Shown here: positions 8,738 through 18,305 of the stretch, one piece after another | Layout of the letters: every line of letters begins with the position of its first letter | How positions within the stretch are numbered: position 1 is the stretch's first letter | Assembly (NCBI GenBank): GCA_965203575.1 | Contig: OZ241894.1 | Span: forward strand, 2,028,048 to 2,092,047 | Reading direction: 5' to 3' | Source: Candidatus Aldehydirespirator sp. | GTDB taxonomy: Bacteria; Actinomycetota; Acidimicrobiia; Acidimicrobiales; Aldehydirespiratoraceae | DNA length: 64,000 nucleotides | Position numbers and translations under genes: made by a program | The notes under the pieces: model-generated | The model's input: the letters and a program-made list of their open reading frames with translations, nothing else | The model's database searches: none | Told to the model about the DNA's origin: nothing

Positions 8738-9525
8738 GGCAGTTCCTCCTTGTTCCAGCATATCGGAAGACGATGTTAATGATAAACACCTACATTTCAT
8801 ACATTATCGGGCCAGTGACCGCACGCGGTGTTGACTATCTGGTGGGAGGGCGCAGCACTCCGCTGTCGCTCAGCGCTCCGTTGGGCAGCGGGGAACATGA
8901 TGTGACGCGCTGGATTGACGGTCTGTTGCCCGACAGCCTCCAGGTTCGCCGCAAATGGGCAGACCGTGCGGGCGCCCGCTCCGCCGGCGCCATGGACCTG
9001 CTGGGGACGCCCATCGGCTTGGACTGCGCTGGGGCGGTCCAGTTCTGCCGCCCAGGCGACGAGGAGTCGCGCCGCCGCCGGAGCAGCGGCCTGGAACCTC
9101 AGGGCGAGAGCGACGTGGCCGGGTGGATCAGGCGGGTCCGGCGCGACTGGTCGGACTGGAGCGGCATCGGCTCCTCGGGCCGGTTCAGCCTGGCCGGGGC
9201 GCAGCCCAAGTGCGCCCTCCACTGGGACGGACACCAGTGGTGCGTCCCGCACGGCGACACGCCAACGACGCACATCCTGAAGCCGCGAGCGTCCAGCCAG
9301 CCGTCTGCGTGGGCCGCGGCTGCCGGGGCGCTGCGACTGGATGCCGGTGCAGTCATAGACCGGGCAGCCGAGATCACCCGTGGCACCCCCTCCGCGATCA
9401 GCGACGCCATCGACGGCCTCTCCGACGAGGACCGGGCCTCGCGGGCGCTGCCGCTGCTGCACAGCCTCTCCCGGCGGCTCGCGATCCGGGCGGCGGCCTC
9501 TCTCGTGCAGCCCGGGGCCTACTAG
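8722..9525 (+). pseudogene. hipA: hipA-type kinase toxin remnant (N-terminal and C-terminal pieces, kinase core deleted)
   Basis: LSLSAPL...WIDGLLPDS...LLGTPIGLDCAGAVQF, SLAGAQPKCAL and THILKP are HipA N-domain signatures. The sequence jumps to a short C-terminal tail after THILKP. The total is about 250 aa, where HipA proteins are typically roughly 400 aa or more. Confidence 0.6.
8757..8785 (-). promoter_or_regulatory. Sigma-70-like promoter candidate for the 8737 gene
   Basis: On the minus strand, TTATCA - 17 nt - TATGCT lies in an AT-rich patch. Confidence 0.35.
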
Positions 9526-9689
9526 CTGTGACCGTCAAGTGTCCTTAGAGTCACAGTCGGCACTTCGGTCATTGTTGATGTATGCTGATGCACAGCCTTG
9601 CCACCGGGTGTCAACGGTGTGCCTTCGGTCCTGCCGTACGCTCACCCGACCCGAACGAGGTTCCCGTGCCCTCTCCCGCCGACCCCGCC

Positions 9690-9905
9690 GCCTACCCGCC
9701 TGCTCGAATGGCCCCAGCCTCCGACCCCCCACCAACGGCACCAGCCTCCGACGAGGCCCCGGCCCGCGCCGCGGCGCGCCGCGGCGTGGTGGCGGTCGCA
9801 TGGACCAACTTCACCGAGAACTTCTTCTCGACCGTGTTCGTGGGCGTCATCGTCGGCGCCGCGATGTTCGGTCTCGGCGTGGTGAACGACAACATCAACG
9901 ACGAA
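9690..9905. repeat. Right arm of the inverted repeat of about 215 bp
   Basis: See the left arm at 8313-8530. Confidence 0.85.
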
Positions 9906-10166
9906 TTCGCCGAGATCGACGCCCAATTCGCCGCTGTCGACGCCCGATTCATAAGGCTGGAGGACGAGATCGACGCCCGATTCATAAGGCTGGAGGACGA
10001 GATCGACGCCCGATTCGCGAAGCTCGAGGAGAACCAGATGGAGATGGCGCTGACACTGGCGAGGGTGGTCGCCCTGTTGGAGGCCCGCGGCGACGCGGAG
10101 CCCGCACCTGCGGGCCACGCCCCCGCAGCGCAATCGAGTACCGAGGGGCCCGGCGCCCACGGATAG
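9708..10166 (+). CDS. Small proline-rich single-TM coiled-coil protein
   Basis: TM segment FFSTVFVGVIVGAAMFGLGVV, followed by IDAQFAAVDARFIRLEDEIDARFIRLEDEIDARFAKLEENQ (33-bp in-frame tandem repeat). The start could be further upstream (ORF begins at 9582). Confidence 0.6.
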   Translation: MAPASDPPPTAPASDEAPARAAARRGVVAVAWTNFTENFFSTVFVGVIVGAAMFGLGVVNDNINDEFAEIDAQFAAVDARFIRLEDEIDARFIRLEDEIDARFAKLEENQMEMALTLARVVALLEARGDAEPAPAGHAPAAQSSTEGPGAHG

Positions 10167-10239
10167 CCCGCGCCGAACCGTCTGATCCCCACGCCGGCGT
10201 CGAGCTCCGCACCGCAGCGGTACCTCGACTTGTACCCCG

Positions 10240-10355
10240 GCGGCCCACGGTCGGCCCTGTCGGTCACGGCCGCAGCCGGAACGGCTCCCGCGGCTAGGAC
10301 CGAGGCGACCAGAGCGCCGACAGCGAGAACTGCCAAAGCCCGAGTGCCTCTTCAT
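10240..10355 (-). pseudogene. 5' remnant (signal peptide region) of an SLH-family gene, frameshifted
   Basis: MKRHSG, then after a frameshift LAVLAVGALVASVLAAGAVPAAAVTDRAD. Compare KRRSGTSILAAGALVASLVAVGARPAAAVETVAD of the 12588 protein. Confidence 0.5.
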
Positions 10356-10531
10356 TAGCTGGAGCATCGCGAGCCTTCCCTCGTTAGATGCTCGCAGCCA
10401 GCCTGGCGATTGTGGACAACGCGGGGGTAGCCGTGGACGAATGAGGTACAAGTCGAGGCTTCCTGTGAGGAAATCACGCCAATTCGCGTCCTGTGATCAC
10501 GCCGATTCGCGCTCTGTCTGTCTCCGACCTG

Positions 10532-10591
10532 CCAGGGCGGGGGTTGGGTGGTCAGGGCGGGGGTTGGGTGGTCAGGGCTGGCTTGGATGTC
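10532..10591. repeat. 20-bp tandem triplication spanning the Fic gene stop codon
   Basis: ccagggcgggggttgggtgg / tcagggcgggggttgggtgg / tcagggctggcttggatgtc. The last copy is the real stop plus the final codons. Confidence 0.7.
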
Positions 10592-11870
10592 CGGCGGGGC
10601 AGTTGCCTCCGGGCCGCGGTCTCGGTCCGGGTGCCGGCAGCAGGGTGAGGTTGTCGGCGGGCTGGTGCCGGGATGCCTCGGTGAAGGCGTCCATCATGGC
10701 GACGCATTCGAAGACCCTGTTGCGGCGTCCGGCGCTGCGCTGGGCGAGGATGCCCGCCTCGGCGAGCCTGGAGACGGCGTTGCGGGCGGTCCGATCGGTC
10801 GAGCCGAGCAGTCTCTGTGCGCTGGCGGCGGTGACGACCGGGTTGGTCGGAAGGTGGGCCAGCAGCCGGAACGCCGCGCTCGACGACCGGATGCGATGCT
10901 CGCCGGCGGTGGCGGCCCACAGCTGCTGCAGGGCGTCCACATGGGCGTTGAGCCGGTCGTGCAGCCGGCAGGCGTGGTCCGACGCCGACGCGAGGTGCTC
11001 GATCCAGCCCTGGAACGCACGCGATCGGCTCGGGTCGTCGGGCCCGCAGACGACGCGGGTCGCGTCGAGCGCGTCGAGGTACTCGCGTCTGGTGAGCATC
11101 AGCGCGGCGCTGACCGGCAGCGCCGCGTCGGTGGCGAGTCCGGCCCTCAGGTACATGTACTGCAGCAGCGCCCGGCCGGTGCGGCCGTTGCCGTCGGGGA
11201 ACGGATGGATCGTCTCGAACTGTGCGTGAGCCACCGCGGCGCGCACCAGCGGGATCCCGTCGTCGGGCTCGTTGATGTAGGCGACGAGGTCCTCGAGCAG
11301 GCCGGGCACGGCTTCGGGAGGGGGACCCACGTGGTGCGCTTGCAGCGGCCCGCCGAGCTGGCCGGCGCCGACCCAGTTCTGCCGGTCGCGTACCTGCCCC
11401 GAGATCGGGTCCTCACCCATCAGCGTCCCGTGCAGTTGCCGGAGCCCGTCCGCGGACAGCGCTGTGCCCGACGCGGCCAGCTCGCGTGCATGGGCGGTGA
11501 CGCTGATGTTGCGCAGCGCCTGCATCTCGTCCTCGCCGGACTGCTGGCCGAACAGCGCCAGCCGGGCCTCGGCCCGGGCGACCCTTCGGGCCGAGGGGCG
11601 GATCCCCTCGATGCTGCTGGACGCGATGCTCTCGGCGCGCTCGAGCAGCCACTCGGCGGGCAGCCGGCCGTCGGTGCCGTGCTGGAGGTCCCGGCATCGC
11701 TGAGTGGCGGCGGCCACACGCTGCCATGTGCGAGCGTTCAGATCCGGCGCCCAGCCGCTGATCAGGTGCGGAATGTACGCCTCGAACACCTCCGAGGGCG
11801 GATCGTCGGCGCGGGCAGGCCGCGAGTCGTAGTCGCGGCTGTCCCAGTAGCGGGGAGTTGTCATGCCCAT
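10572..11870 (-). CDS. Fic family protein (AMPylase-type)
   Basis: Canonical HPFPDGNGRTGRAL Fic motif, with a C-terminal wHTH-like region (RTARNAVSRLAEAGIL). Confidence 0.9.
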   Translation of the reverse strand: MGMTTPRYWDSRDYDSRPARADDPPSEVFEAYIPHLISGWAPDLNARTWQRVAAATQRCRDLQHGTDGRLPAEWLLERAESIASSSIEGIRPSARRVARAEARLALFGQQSGEDEMQALRNISVTAHARELAASGTALSADGLRQLHGTLMGEDPISGQVRDRQNWVGAGQLGGPLQAHHVGPPPEAVPGLLEDLVAYINEPDDGIPLVRAAVAHAQFETIHPFPDGNGRTGRALLQYMYLRAGLATDAALPVSAALMLTRREYLDALDATRVVCGPDDPSRSRAFQGWIEHLASASDHACRLHDRLNAHVDALQQLWAATAGEHRIRSSSAAFRLLAHLPTNPVVTAASAQRLLGSTDRTARNAVSRLAEAGILAQRSAGRRNRVFECVAMMDAFTEASRHQPADNLTLLPAPGPRPRPGGNCPAGHPSQP

Positions 11871-12053
11871 CGCTTGGTCCCCTGCCGCAGCCAGCTTGAT
11901 GCGGCAATGTCATATGCCTATATCTGCTGAGTTTACCGTATGATCGTACTTGCGGCAACGTTTCACCGGGACCCCACGCTATGTGGGGATCAGAAGTCTA
12001 GGAGTCTGAGAATTAGTAGTGCTATAGACTGAGAAATAGTAGCGTATGGGGTT

Positions 12054-12260
12054 GTGAACCAGGCGTACCAGCCTCGGATCGTGGATGATCAGCTCGACCG
12101 GCTCCTCGGAGGGCTGCCGGCTGTGTGTGTCGAGGGTCCACGGGCTGTGGGCAAGACCTCGACTGCTTTGCGGCGGGCCGGCACGGTCCACGACCTGGAC
12201 GATCCCGAGACCATGGCGCTCGTGGAGGCCGACCCCGGCCGGCTCGTGCGGGGCTCACCG
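12054..12260 (+). pseudogene. N-terminal fragment of a DUF4143-type AAA ATPase
   Basis: YQPRIVDDQLDRLLGGLPAVCVEGPRAVGKTSTALRRAGTVHDLDDPETMALVEADPGRL matches the paralogues and then degenerates. An unrelated 3' gene fragment (...VVVSSYDPTDSGDVARFVLTVVAN*) follows, ending at 12370. Confidence 0.6.
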
Positions 12261-12450
12261 CCGACGGGAAGCGCACGGCCGGCCCCAACGACACGGTCGT
12301 GGTGTCCTCCTACGATCCCACCGACTCCGGTGATGTCGCGAGGTTCGTGCTGACCGTGGTGGCCAACTAACCCAAAGGGCGGGCGCGGCTCCGGGCCAGC
12401 AGGCCCGGGGCCAACCCCCCCCCGCCTGACACAAACCACCAACCCCGAGA

Positions 12451-12476
12451 AGGCCCCGGCACCATCGCCGGGGCCT
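12451..12476. terminator. Perfect 10-bp stem hairpin (intrinsic-terminator-like, no T tract)
   Basis: aggccccggc accatc gccggggcct. Confidence 0.45.
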
Positions 12477-12587
12477 CCTCGCGTCCCCTCGCAAATGACT
12501 CCGGGTGATGCGGTTCACTCCGTGCATTCGCGGGCAGGCGAACTAGCCTGACCGCAGGTGTTCCAGCCACAAGCCAAGGAGGATCCA

Positions 12588-14654
12588 ATGCCTCAGACAG
12601 TGACGAAGCGGCGTTCGGGCACGTCGATCCTTGCCGCAGGCGCGCTTGTCGCCTCGCTCGTCGCGGTCGGGGCGCGCCCGGCAGCCGCGGTCGAGACCGT
12701 TGCCGACCATGCGACCCCAGTCACCGCCTGCGTCGGTGACGCCACTAGGGACCGGATGTTCACTGATGTGTCCCAGGGCCACTTCTTCCGGGGTGCGATC
12801 AACTGCCTGGCCTACTACGGGGTGACCGTCGGCTACGGCGACGGCACGTTCCGCCCGAGCCGGGATGTGTCCCGGTCCGAGATGGTGCTGTTCATGGAAC
12901 GGTCGGCCCGCGTCGCCGGCGCGGATCCCGCCACTGTCGTGGCCGACTTCGCCACGACGGGCTCCGACCCCGTGAACCGGGCCGACATGGCGCTGCTGAT
13001 CGCCAGGCTGCTCGCTTCGGCGACCAGCAACGACTCCCGCGTGAACGTGGTACTGGAATCCGACGGCACCTTCACCGTCGGTGGGACCGAGCCCGACGAC
13101 TCGTTCATAGACTCGCGCCAGCGGCAGCCCCGCACCAAGGACAGCGCGGCCGGCGCGCTGTTCGAGCTGGGTGTGGCGCAGGGCACCGGGGGCGGCAACT
13201 TCTCGCCGGAAGCGTCCGTGACCCGCGGGGAGATGGCCGCGTTCATCACCCGCGCTCTGGCCCACACCACGGCCCGTCCCGAGGGTGTGTCGATCCAGCA
13301 GTACCTGCCCGGTGAGGTGACCGTGTCGGTCCGCAACGAGGTCTTCGCCCCGGTCGTCGGCGCGGCGCTCGACGTCTTCTCGATCGGCTCGCCGGACGCC
13401 GGCCGGGCCTTCCGCAGCGACGGGTCGTGCAGTTCCCTCGTGAACGACGAGTCGGGCAGCACATCCTGCGTGATCGATGTTCTCGACCCGGTGACAGGGC
13501 CCGGCGGAGACTTCACGGTCGGCCTCGCCGCCACCGACGAGGAGAAGGTGACCGTGTGGGCCTGGACAGGAGCAATCGGGGGCGTGACCCGCAGCGGGGA
13601 CGGCAGGCTCGTCAGCGTCGAGGTGAGCACCCAGGGCGTGGAGGCGACCGGCGCGAAGGTCAGCAACAGCCTGCCCGAGAATGCGACCCATGTCCGTTTC
13701 GGCACGACCGTCACCGTCACCGTCCAGTTGGTCGGCGTGAACGGCCTGCGAGCGGTCCCGCCCGAGGACGGCGCCTCCTACACGATCAGGAAGGAGGCCT
13801 TCAACAGCATCGACGCTCCGGCCACTCCCAGCGGCAACCTCACGCAGAGGAGCACTGAGGTTGTCGAAGTGGACAGCACCGGCAAGATCGAGTTCACCCT
13901 CGACGGGGCCGATCCGGATCCCAACGATGCCGGAGACGCCGCCCCCGACGAGATCCTGTGGCGCTACACCGTCACCCCAGTCGGAGACAGCCCCCCGCTG
14001 GACGAGCCGGTCGAGGACGTGCAGGTCGTCTTCACCGACGCCGATCCGGCGGCGACCACGATCGACCTGGCCACTCAGGCCAAGTACCTGCGGGCTGCGA
14101 GGTCGAGCTCGCGGCCGGCCAGCAACGTGGTGATCGCCACTGTCACCGATCAGTACGGCCGGCCGTTCAGGGGCGCCGGTGTGACGCTCACGAGCGACAG
14201 TGCGTCGTCCACGTCCTTCAGCGACGTGACCACAGGCTCGTCGGGGACAGCTCGGATCGCCTATCGACACTCGGGCACCGTCGGCCTCCGCGAGACCCTG
14301 ACCGCAACCCTCGCGGACGGCGCGGCCGACACCGTCGATTTCCTGTGGGTCGCGGATCCTCCGGCCGCTTCCGAAGAGACGACCGGCGGCGGGAGACACA
14401 CGGTGCTCGCGGCCGACCACCAGCGCAACGAGGTCGTCGTCGATCTGTCCGTCGGTTTCGGGACCCCGACAGTGGTCGCCTACGACGGCAACGATCGGTT
14501 CCGTCTCGACGGCAGGATCGTGTCGCTGAGCGTCTTCGAGAGCGTGCTCGCCAACGAGTTGGACGGCGACGATGCCAGCGTCCTGCTGCTCGGCTGGGCG
14601 TCACGCGATCCCGACAACCAAGCCGATCGCACCGACTGGTACCTCACCAGCTAG
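12588..14654 (+). CDS. Large secreted SLH-domain surface protein (full-length family member)
   Basis: AGGAGG RBS before the ATG at 12588. Signal peptide ILAAGALVASLVAVGARPAAAV. SLH pattern FTDVSQGHFFRGAINCLAYYGVTVGYGDGTFRPSRDVSRSEMVLFM. Big-like ATVTDQYGRPFRGAGV. A divergent family C-terminal module (VVAYDGNDRFRLDG...). Confidence 0.85.
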   Translation: MPQTVTKRRSGTSILAAGALVASLVAVGARPAAAVETVADHATPVTACVGDATRDRMFTDVSQGHFFRGAINCLAYYGVTVGYGDGTFRPSRDVSRSEMVLFMERSARVAGADPATVVADFATTGSDPVNRADMALLIARLLASATSNDSRVNVVLESDGTFTVGGTEPDDSFIDSRQRQPRTKDSAAGALFELGVAQGTGGGNFSPEASVTRGEMAAFITRALAHTTARPEGVSIQQYLPGEVTVSVRNEVFAPVVGAALDVFSIGSPDAGRAFRSDGSCSSLVNDESGSTSCVIDVLDPVTGPGGDFTVGLAATDEEKVTVWAWTGAIGGVTRSGDGRLVSVEVSTQGVEATGAKVSNSLPENATHVRFGTTVTVTVQLVGVNGLRAVPPEDGASYTIRKEAFNSIDAPATPSGNLTQRSTEVVEVDSTGKIEFTLDGADPDPNDAGDAAPDEILWRYTVTPVGDSPPLDEPVEDVQVVFTDADPAATTIDLATQAKYLRAARSSSRPASNVVIATVTDQYGRPFRGAGVTLTSDSASSTSFSDVTTGSSGTARIAYRHSGTVGLRETLTATLADGAADTVDFLWVADPPAASEETTGGGRHTVLAADHQRNEVVVDLSVGFGTPTVVAYDGNDRFRLDGRIVSLSVFESVLANELDGDDASVLLLGWASRDPDNQADRTDWYLTS

Positions 14655-14803
14655 CCATAGCGAGTCGAAATCGCTGTCCTCGTGCGGCGGCTCCTTGATA
14701 GCCCAAATATGGCCTTTGAACTGGGATTTCTTTGGCTAGGTCGTCGCTCGCCAGAGACGTAGTATCGTAAGTGATACGGACTCTGCGCCGAAGGGAGGCC
14801 AAG

Positions 14804-14974
14804 ATGTCTGATCAGCCGATTCTCACACCCGAATTGAAGGCAGACGCGAAGAGGGCACGGGAGGAGACTAATCGTCTCTACGACGAAGACCCTGACCGTG
14901 AGGGGATGACCAGCGACGCTCTGATGGAGCGAGCACGCCGAAATCGGGCACTCCAAAACGGTGCCGAGGGGTAA
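14804..14974 (+). CDS. Small hypothetical protein, possible antitoxin of the downstream decayed toxin
   Basis: GGGAGG RBS; MSDQPILTPELKADAKRAREETNRLYDEDPDREGMTSDALMERARRNRALQNGAEG. No family recognised. Confidence 0.35.
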   Translation: MSDQPILTPELKADAKRAREETNRLYDEDPDREGMTSDALMERARRNRALQNGAEG

Positions 14975-15002
14975 GCCCGGCTGGAGATAGGAGGGTCTGG
15001 CC

Positions 15003-15238
15003 GACAAGCTTCAACAGTGGGGTCATGACCCAGAAATTGACCGCGCTCTAGCAGCTATCTCGGACACGTCCGTTGACATCTTGCCTGGCAGGGCATACCA
15101 GGCCGACGCCGACGGCACGCCGATTGCGGGGGTGCGATACGCGGACGACGGAAATTGGCGGATCTTCTTTACGGTGCTGTGCTCCGAGAGGATGCGAACG
15201 TGTTGATTCTCATGGACATCTATCGCCGCCCATGGTGA
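15003..15238 (+). pseudogene. RelE/ParE-like toxin remnant with a frameshift and no clean start
   Basis: ...GVRYADDGNWRIFFTVLCSE is in one frame and (D)ANVLILMDIYRRPW* in another. The frame break lies near 15186-15192. Confidence 0.3.
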
Positions 15239-15279
15239 CCGCCCCCGAGCAACACCCAGCACCACAGCCGGGAAGGCGC

Positions 15280-16194
15280 TCAGGACCGCTTCTCTGTCAG
15301 GATGATGCCCCAGGAGAAGTCATACCTGGTGGTCCTGTCGAGGTCGCTGTCGGCGTCTTCGGGGGTGATGGTGTCGTCGGCCATGTAGGCGCTGACCCTG
15401 ATCTGGCCGCTCGTCGGGAGGCGTCCGGGCACGTTCGCGATCTCGACGTCGACTGTCCCCGTCGCGGGTGCTTGCCGGAACAGCGTAGCTGTGACCGGCA
15501 GGGTGGCATCCGCCAGCCTCAGGGTGCTGACCGCGTAGGTCTTCCACGCGCTGCTCGAGTTCTCCCGGTACTCGACCTGGATCAGTGTCACCGGCTCGGC
15601 GTCGGCGTCGGTGTCCTGATTGTGGTCTGCTGCTGCCTTGGTGGCCTCCAGCGTGAACACGGCCTCGTATACGCCGGCCGGGAGGTTGAACGAGCGGGTC
15701 TGGTGTTGGGTGCCTCTGGTGGTGAACTGCCGCAGCGGCACCGTCGTGGGTGTCGGCTGGTTCCCGAACCCGGCGTTCGAGTCCGGCGTTCGGACGGACC
15801 CGCTCTCCAGCGCTCGGATCCGACTTTCGAGACGGCTGATCACGTTGTTGTTGTAGCGGTGCAGGAACGTGACCGATTCGGCTCTGTTCACTGTCCTCTC
15901 GGGGCAGAAGTACGTGCCGTCGCGGCATCCGAACGTGATGCTGTTCTGGACGGCCCACTGCACCGCGTCGTGGGCGTAATGGTTGTCGGGCACGTCACGG
16001 AACGTGCCGACCCCCTGTGCGAGCGCCACGGCTGCCGCCGTCAACGCGACAGCAGCGGCGGCCACCCCGACGGCCAGCCGGGACACGCGCCGCTCCCACA
16101 CACGCCGCAGGCGTCCATCCCGCCCGCGGCGACCGCCCTGACGGCCGTCCGAGCCGTCTGCCCCGGGTTCGCCGGAGGGGGGTGTCGTGGTCAT
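15280..16194 (-). CDS. Membrane-anchored protein with one SLH-like (Cys-containing) repeat and a beta-rich C-terminal domain
   Basis: TM segment LAVGVAAAAVALTAAAVALA. FRDVPDNHYAHDAVQWAVQNSITFGCRDGTYFCPERTVNRAESVTFL resembles the G.C....FCP...V.RAEMATFL repeats of the two metalloproteases. Confidence 0.65.
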   Translation of the reverse strand: MTTTPPSGEPGADGSDGRQGGRRGRDGRLRRVWERRVSRLAVGVAAAAVALTAAAVALAQGVGTFRDVPDNHYAHDAVQWAVQNSITFGCRDGTYFCPERTVNRAESVTFLHRYNNNVISRLESRIRALESGSVRTPDSNAGFGNQPTPTTVPLRQFTTRGTQHQTRSFNLPAGVYEAVFTLEATKAAADHNQDTDADAEPVTLIQVEYRENSSSAWKTYAVSTLRLADATLPVTATLFRQAPATGTVDVEIANVPGRLPTSGQIRVSAYMADDTITPEDADSDLDRTTRYDFSWGIILTEKRS

Positions 16195-16402
16195 GGCCGT
16201 TGTCCTCTCCTTTGGTGCAGCCTATTCGGCTGGGGTGACGAACTGTGGGACAGGCGCCGGGCCAGCCACCGAAGAATGGCGTCTGACCGGGTCACGTGAT
16301 TCGTGGTTGTGGAGCCAAGGCTAGCTCGCGGCCCGCACCGGACCACTACCATCGCACCGCTGGCTGCCGGGACGACCTCCGCCACCGCCGCGAGGTTCGC
16401 GC

Positions 16403-16804
16403 CTATTCGCTGGGCTTGCCGAGGGTGCCGCGGAGGCGGGCTCGAATCTCGGCGAGCTCTGCCTCGGCGGCAGACGCCCGGTCCTCGGCGGCAGACGCCC
16501 GGTCCTCGGCGGCCTGCCGGGCGGCGACCTGATCGTCGGGGTCGGGGAGCCACTCGCCCTCGGAGATGTCCCACAGCCGCAGCTTGGGCGGCCGCCAGCA
16601 CAGGTCCAGGCCCAGCACGTCGCTGCGGGCCCGCAGACCGCCGTGTGCCTCGGCCGCGACGTCTATCGCCTCCCAGCGCCCCGAGACGCGCCTCTCGCCC
16701 TGAAGCGGCGGATCCAGCAGGTCCCCGCCGGTGGGGTCGAGGCGCCAGTACTCGCTGACCCCCAGCTCGGCGTACTTGGCCGGCTTCACATACAGGTAAC
16801 CCAC
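16403..16804 (-). pseudogene. Uma2-family endonuclease fragment (C-terminal half only)
   Basis: KPAKYAELGVSEYWRLDP is the Uma2/DUF820 signature and the N-terminal half is missing. Contains a 21-bp in-frame duplication (AAEDRAS x2, about 16463-16510). Confidence 0.55.
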
Positions 16805-16954
16805 CGCCCCACAACCGTAAAATCACCAAAACACACGACAACCTACAAAGTCGAGCCGGGCGCCGATAGCCAAGTGTCCAAGAGTATGATCGTGGCTTGT
16901 CAATCTGTATAATATTCTTATGTTTATGTGTATGACACCGGAGACGGGGTGAGC

Positions 16955-18232
16955 ATGGCGCCCGCAGTACGCGGCGGTGGGCCGCTTGTCCCGGCCGGAT
17001 ACCGGCAGCGGCTGGTCGACACCGAGCTCGACGCGGCGCTCACCGCAGTGGGCTGGGTGCTGCTCGAGGGCCCGCGGGCGTGCGGAAAGACCTGGACCGC
17101 GCTGAGCCGAGCCCGCAGTGCGGCGCGCCTGGACATCGATGTGACGGCCCACGAGCTCGGCAGGGTGCAGCCCGCCATGCTGCTGGAAGGGGACCGCCCC
17201 CGGCTCATCGACGAATGGCAGACCGTGCCCGAGGTGTGGAACCATGCCCGCCACGCCGTCGACGCCTCCGGTCGGCCCGGTCAGTTCATCTTCGCAGGAT
17301 CCGCGTCGCCGGCCGACGACATCACCCGCCACACCGGAGCGGGCCGGCTGCGCCGCATACGGATGCGGCCGATGTGCCTGTGGGAGTCCGGCCACTCGAC
17401 CGGAGAGGTGTCGCTGTCGGCGCTGCTCGACGGCGAGGCCCCCACCGCCCCCGCATCGGGCGGCCTCGCAGAGGTCGCGGCGATGGTGTGCCGGGGCGGC
17501 TGGCCCGCCATGGCGGACGCGCCGGTGGTCGAGGCCCAGCGGACGCTGCGCGACTACCTCGGCGAGGCCGCCCGCATCGACGTGAGGCGCCTTGACGGAT
17601 CGAGACAGCACCGCCCCGCAGGCGTCGAGCGGCTCATCCGTTCGGTGGCGCGCAACACCGCCACCGAGGCCGACTACACGACGCTGATGAGCGACACCGA
17701 GCCCGACCCCATGCACCGCCACACCGTCCGCGAGTACCTGGAGGCGCTGCGCAGAGTGTTCCTCGTGGAGGAGCAGCCCGCATGGGCAGGCCACCTCCGA
17801 TCGAGAGCCGCGCTGCGCAAGTCACCCAAATGGCATCTCGCCGACCCGTCGCTGGCCGCCGCGGCGCTGCACGCCGGCCCGGACCGGCTAGTAGCCGACC
17901 CGGCCACGCTCGGCAATCTCGTCGAGTCCCTCGCCGTGCGAGACCTGGGCATCCTCTCCCAACCCCTGGAAGGACGCGTCACCCATCTGCGCGACGCGTC
18001 CGGCCAGGAGGCCGACGCGGTGGTGGAGTGCGGGGACGGGCGGATGCTGCTCGCAGAGGTCAAGCTCGGCGGAGGCGCCGCCATCGAGGACGCGGCCCGC
18101 AAGCTCAAGCGGATCAACAACAACATGCCCGAGGGCAGATCACCGACACTGGCGGTGCTCACCGCAGTCGGCCACGGCTACAGCCGCGGCGACGGCGTGG
18201 CCGTCATCCCCATCACCGCGCTCGGTCCCTAG
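16955..18232 (+). CDS. AAA-family ATPase with C-terminal DUF4143 (PD-(D/E)xK-like) domain
   Basis: Walker A LLEGPRACGKTWTAL, and a C-terminal QEADAVVECGDGRMLLAEVKLG. An AT-rich patch lies upstream (16850-16930). Confidence 0.85.
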   Translation: MAPAVRGGGPLVPAGYRQRLVDTELDAALTAVGWVLLEGPRACGKTWTALSRARSAARLDIDVTAHELGRVQPAMLLEGDRPRLIDEWQTVPEVWNHARHAVDASGRPGQFIFAGSASPADDITRHTGAGRLRRIRMRPMCLWESGHSTGEVSLSALLDGEAPTAPASGGLAEVAAMVCRGGWPAMADAPVVEAQRTLRDYLGEAARIDVRRLDGSRQHRPAGVERLIRSVARNTATEADYTTLMSDTEPDPMHRHTVREYLEALRRVFLVEEQPAWAGHLRSRAALRKSPKWHLADPSLAAAALHAGPDRLVADPATLGNLVESLAVRDLGILSQPLEGRVTHLRDASGQEADAVVECGDGRMLLAEVKLGGGAAIEDAARKLKRINNNMPEGRSPTLAVLTAVGHGYSRGDGVAVIPITALGP

Positions 18233-18305
18233 GCGACACACGTGGTTGGCTAGGGTCGGGCGGTTGGCAACTGGTGGCAGCCGACCGATCCGAAGGGCGA
18301 TCAAG

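Noticed and set aside
12543-14420. 625-aa minus-strand ORF opposite the large SLH protein. Similar long antisense ORFs occur at 30751..32742, 33989..35551, 35553..37154, 48147..49550, 59777..61591 and 62349..63512.
   Set aside because: All are shadow ORFs with Arg/Gly/Pro/His-rich composition and no motifs. The opposite strands carry well-supported genes.
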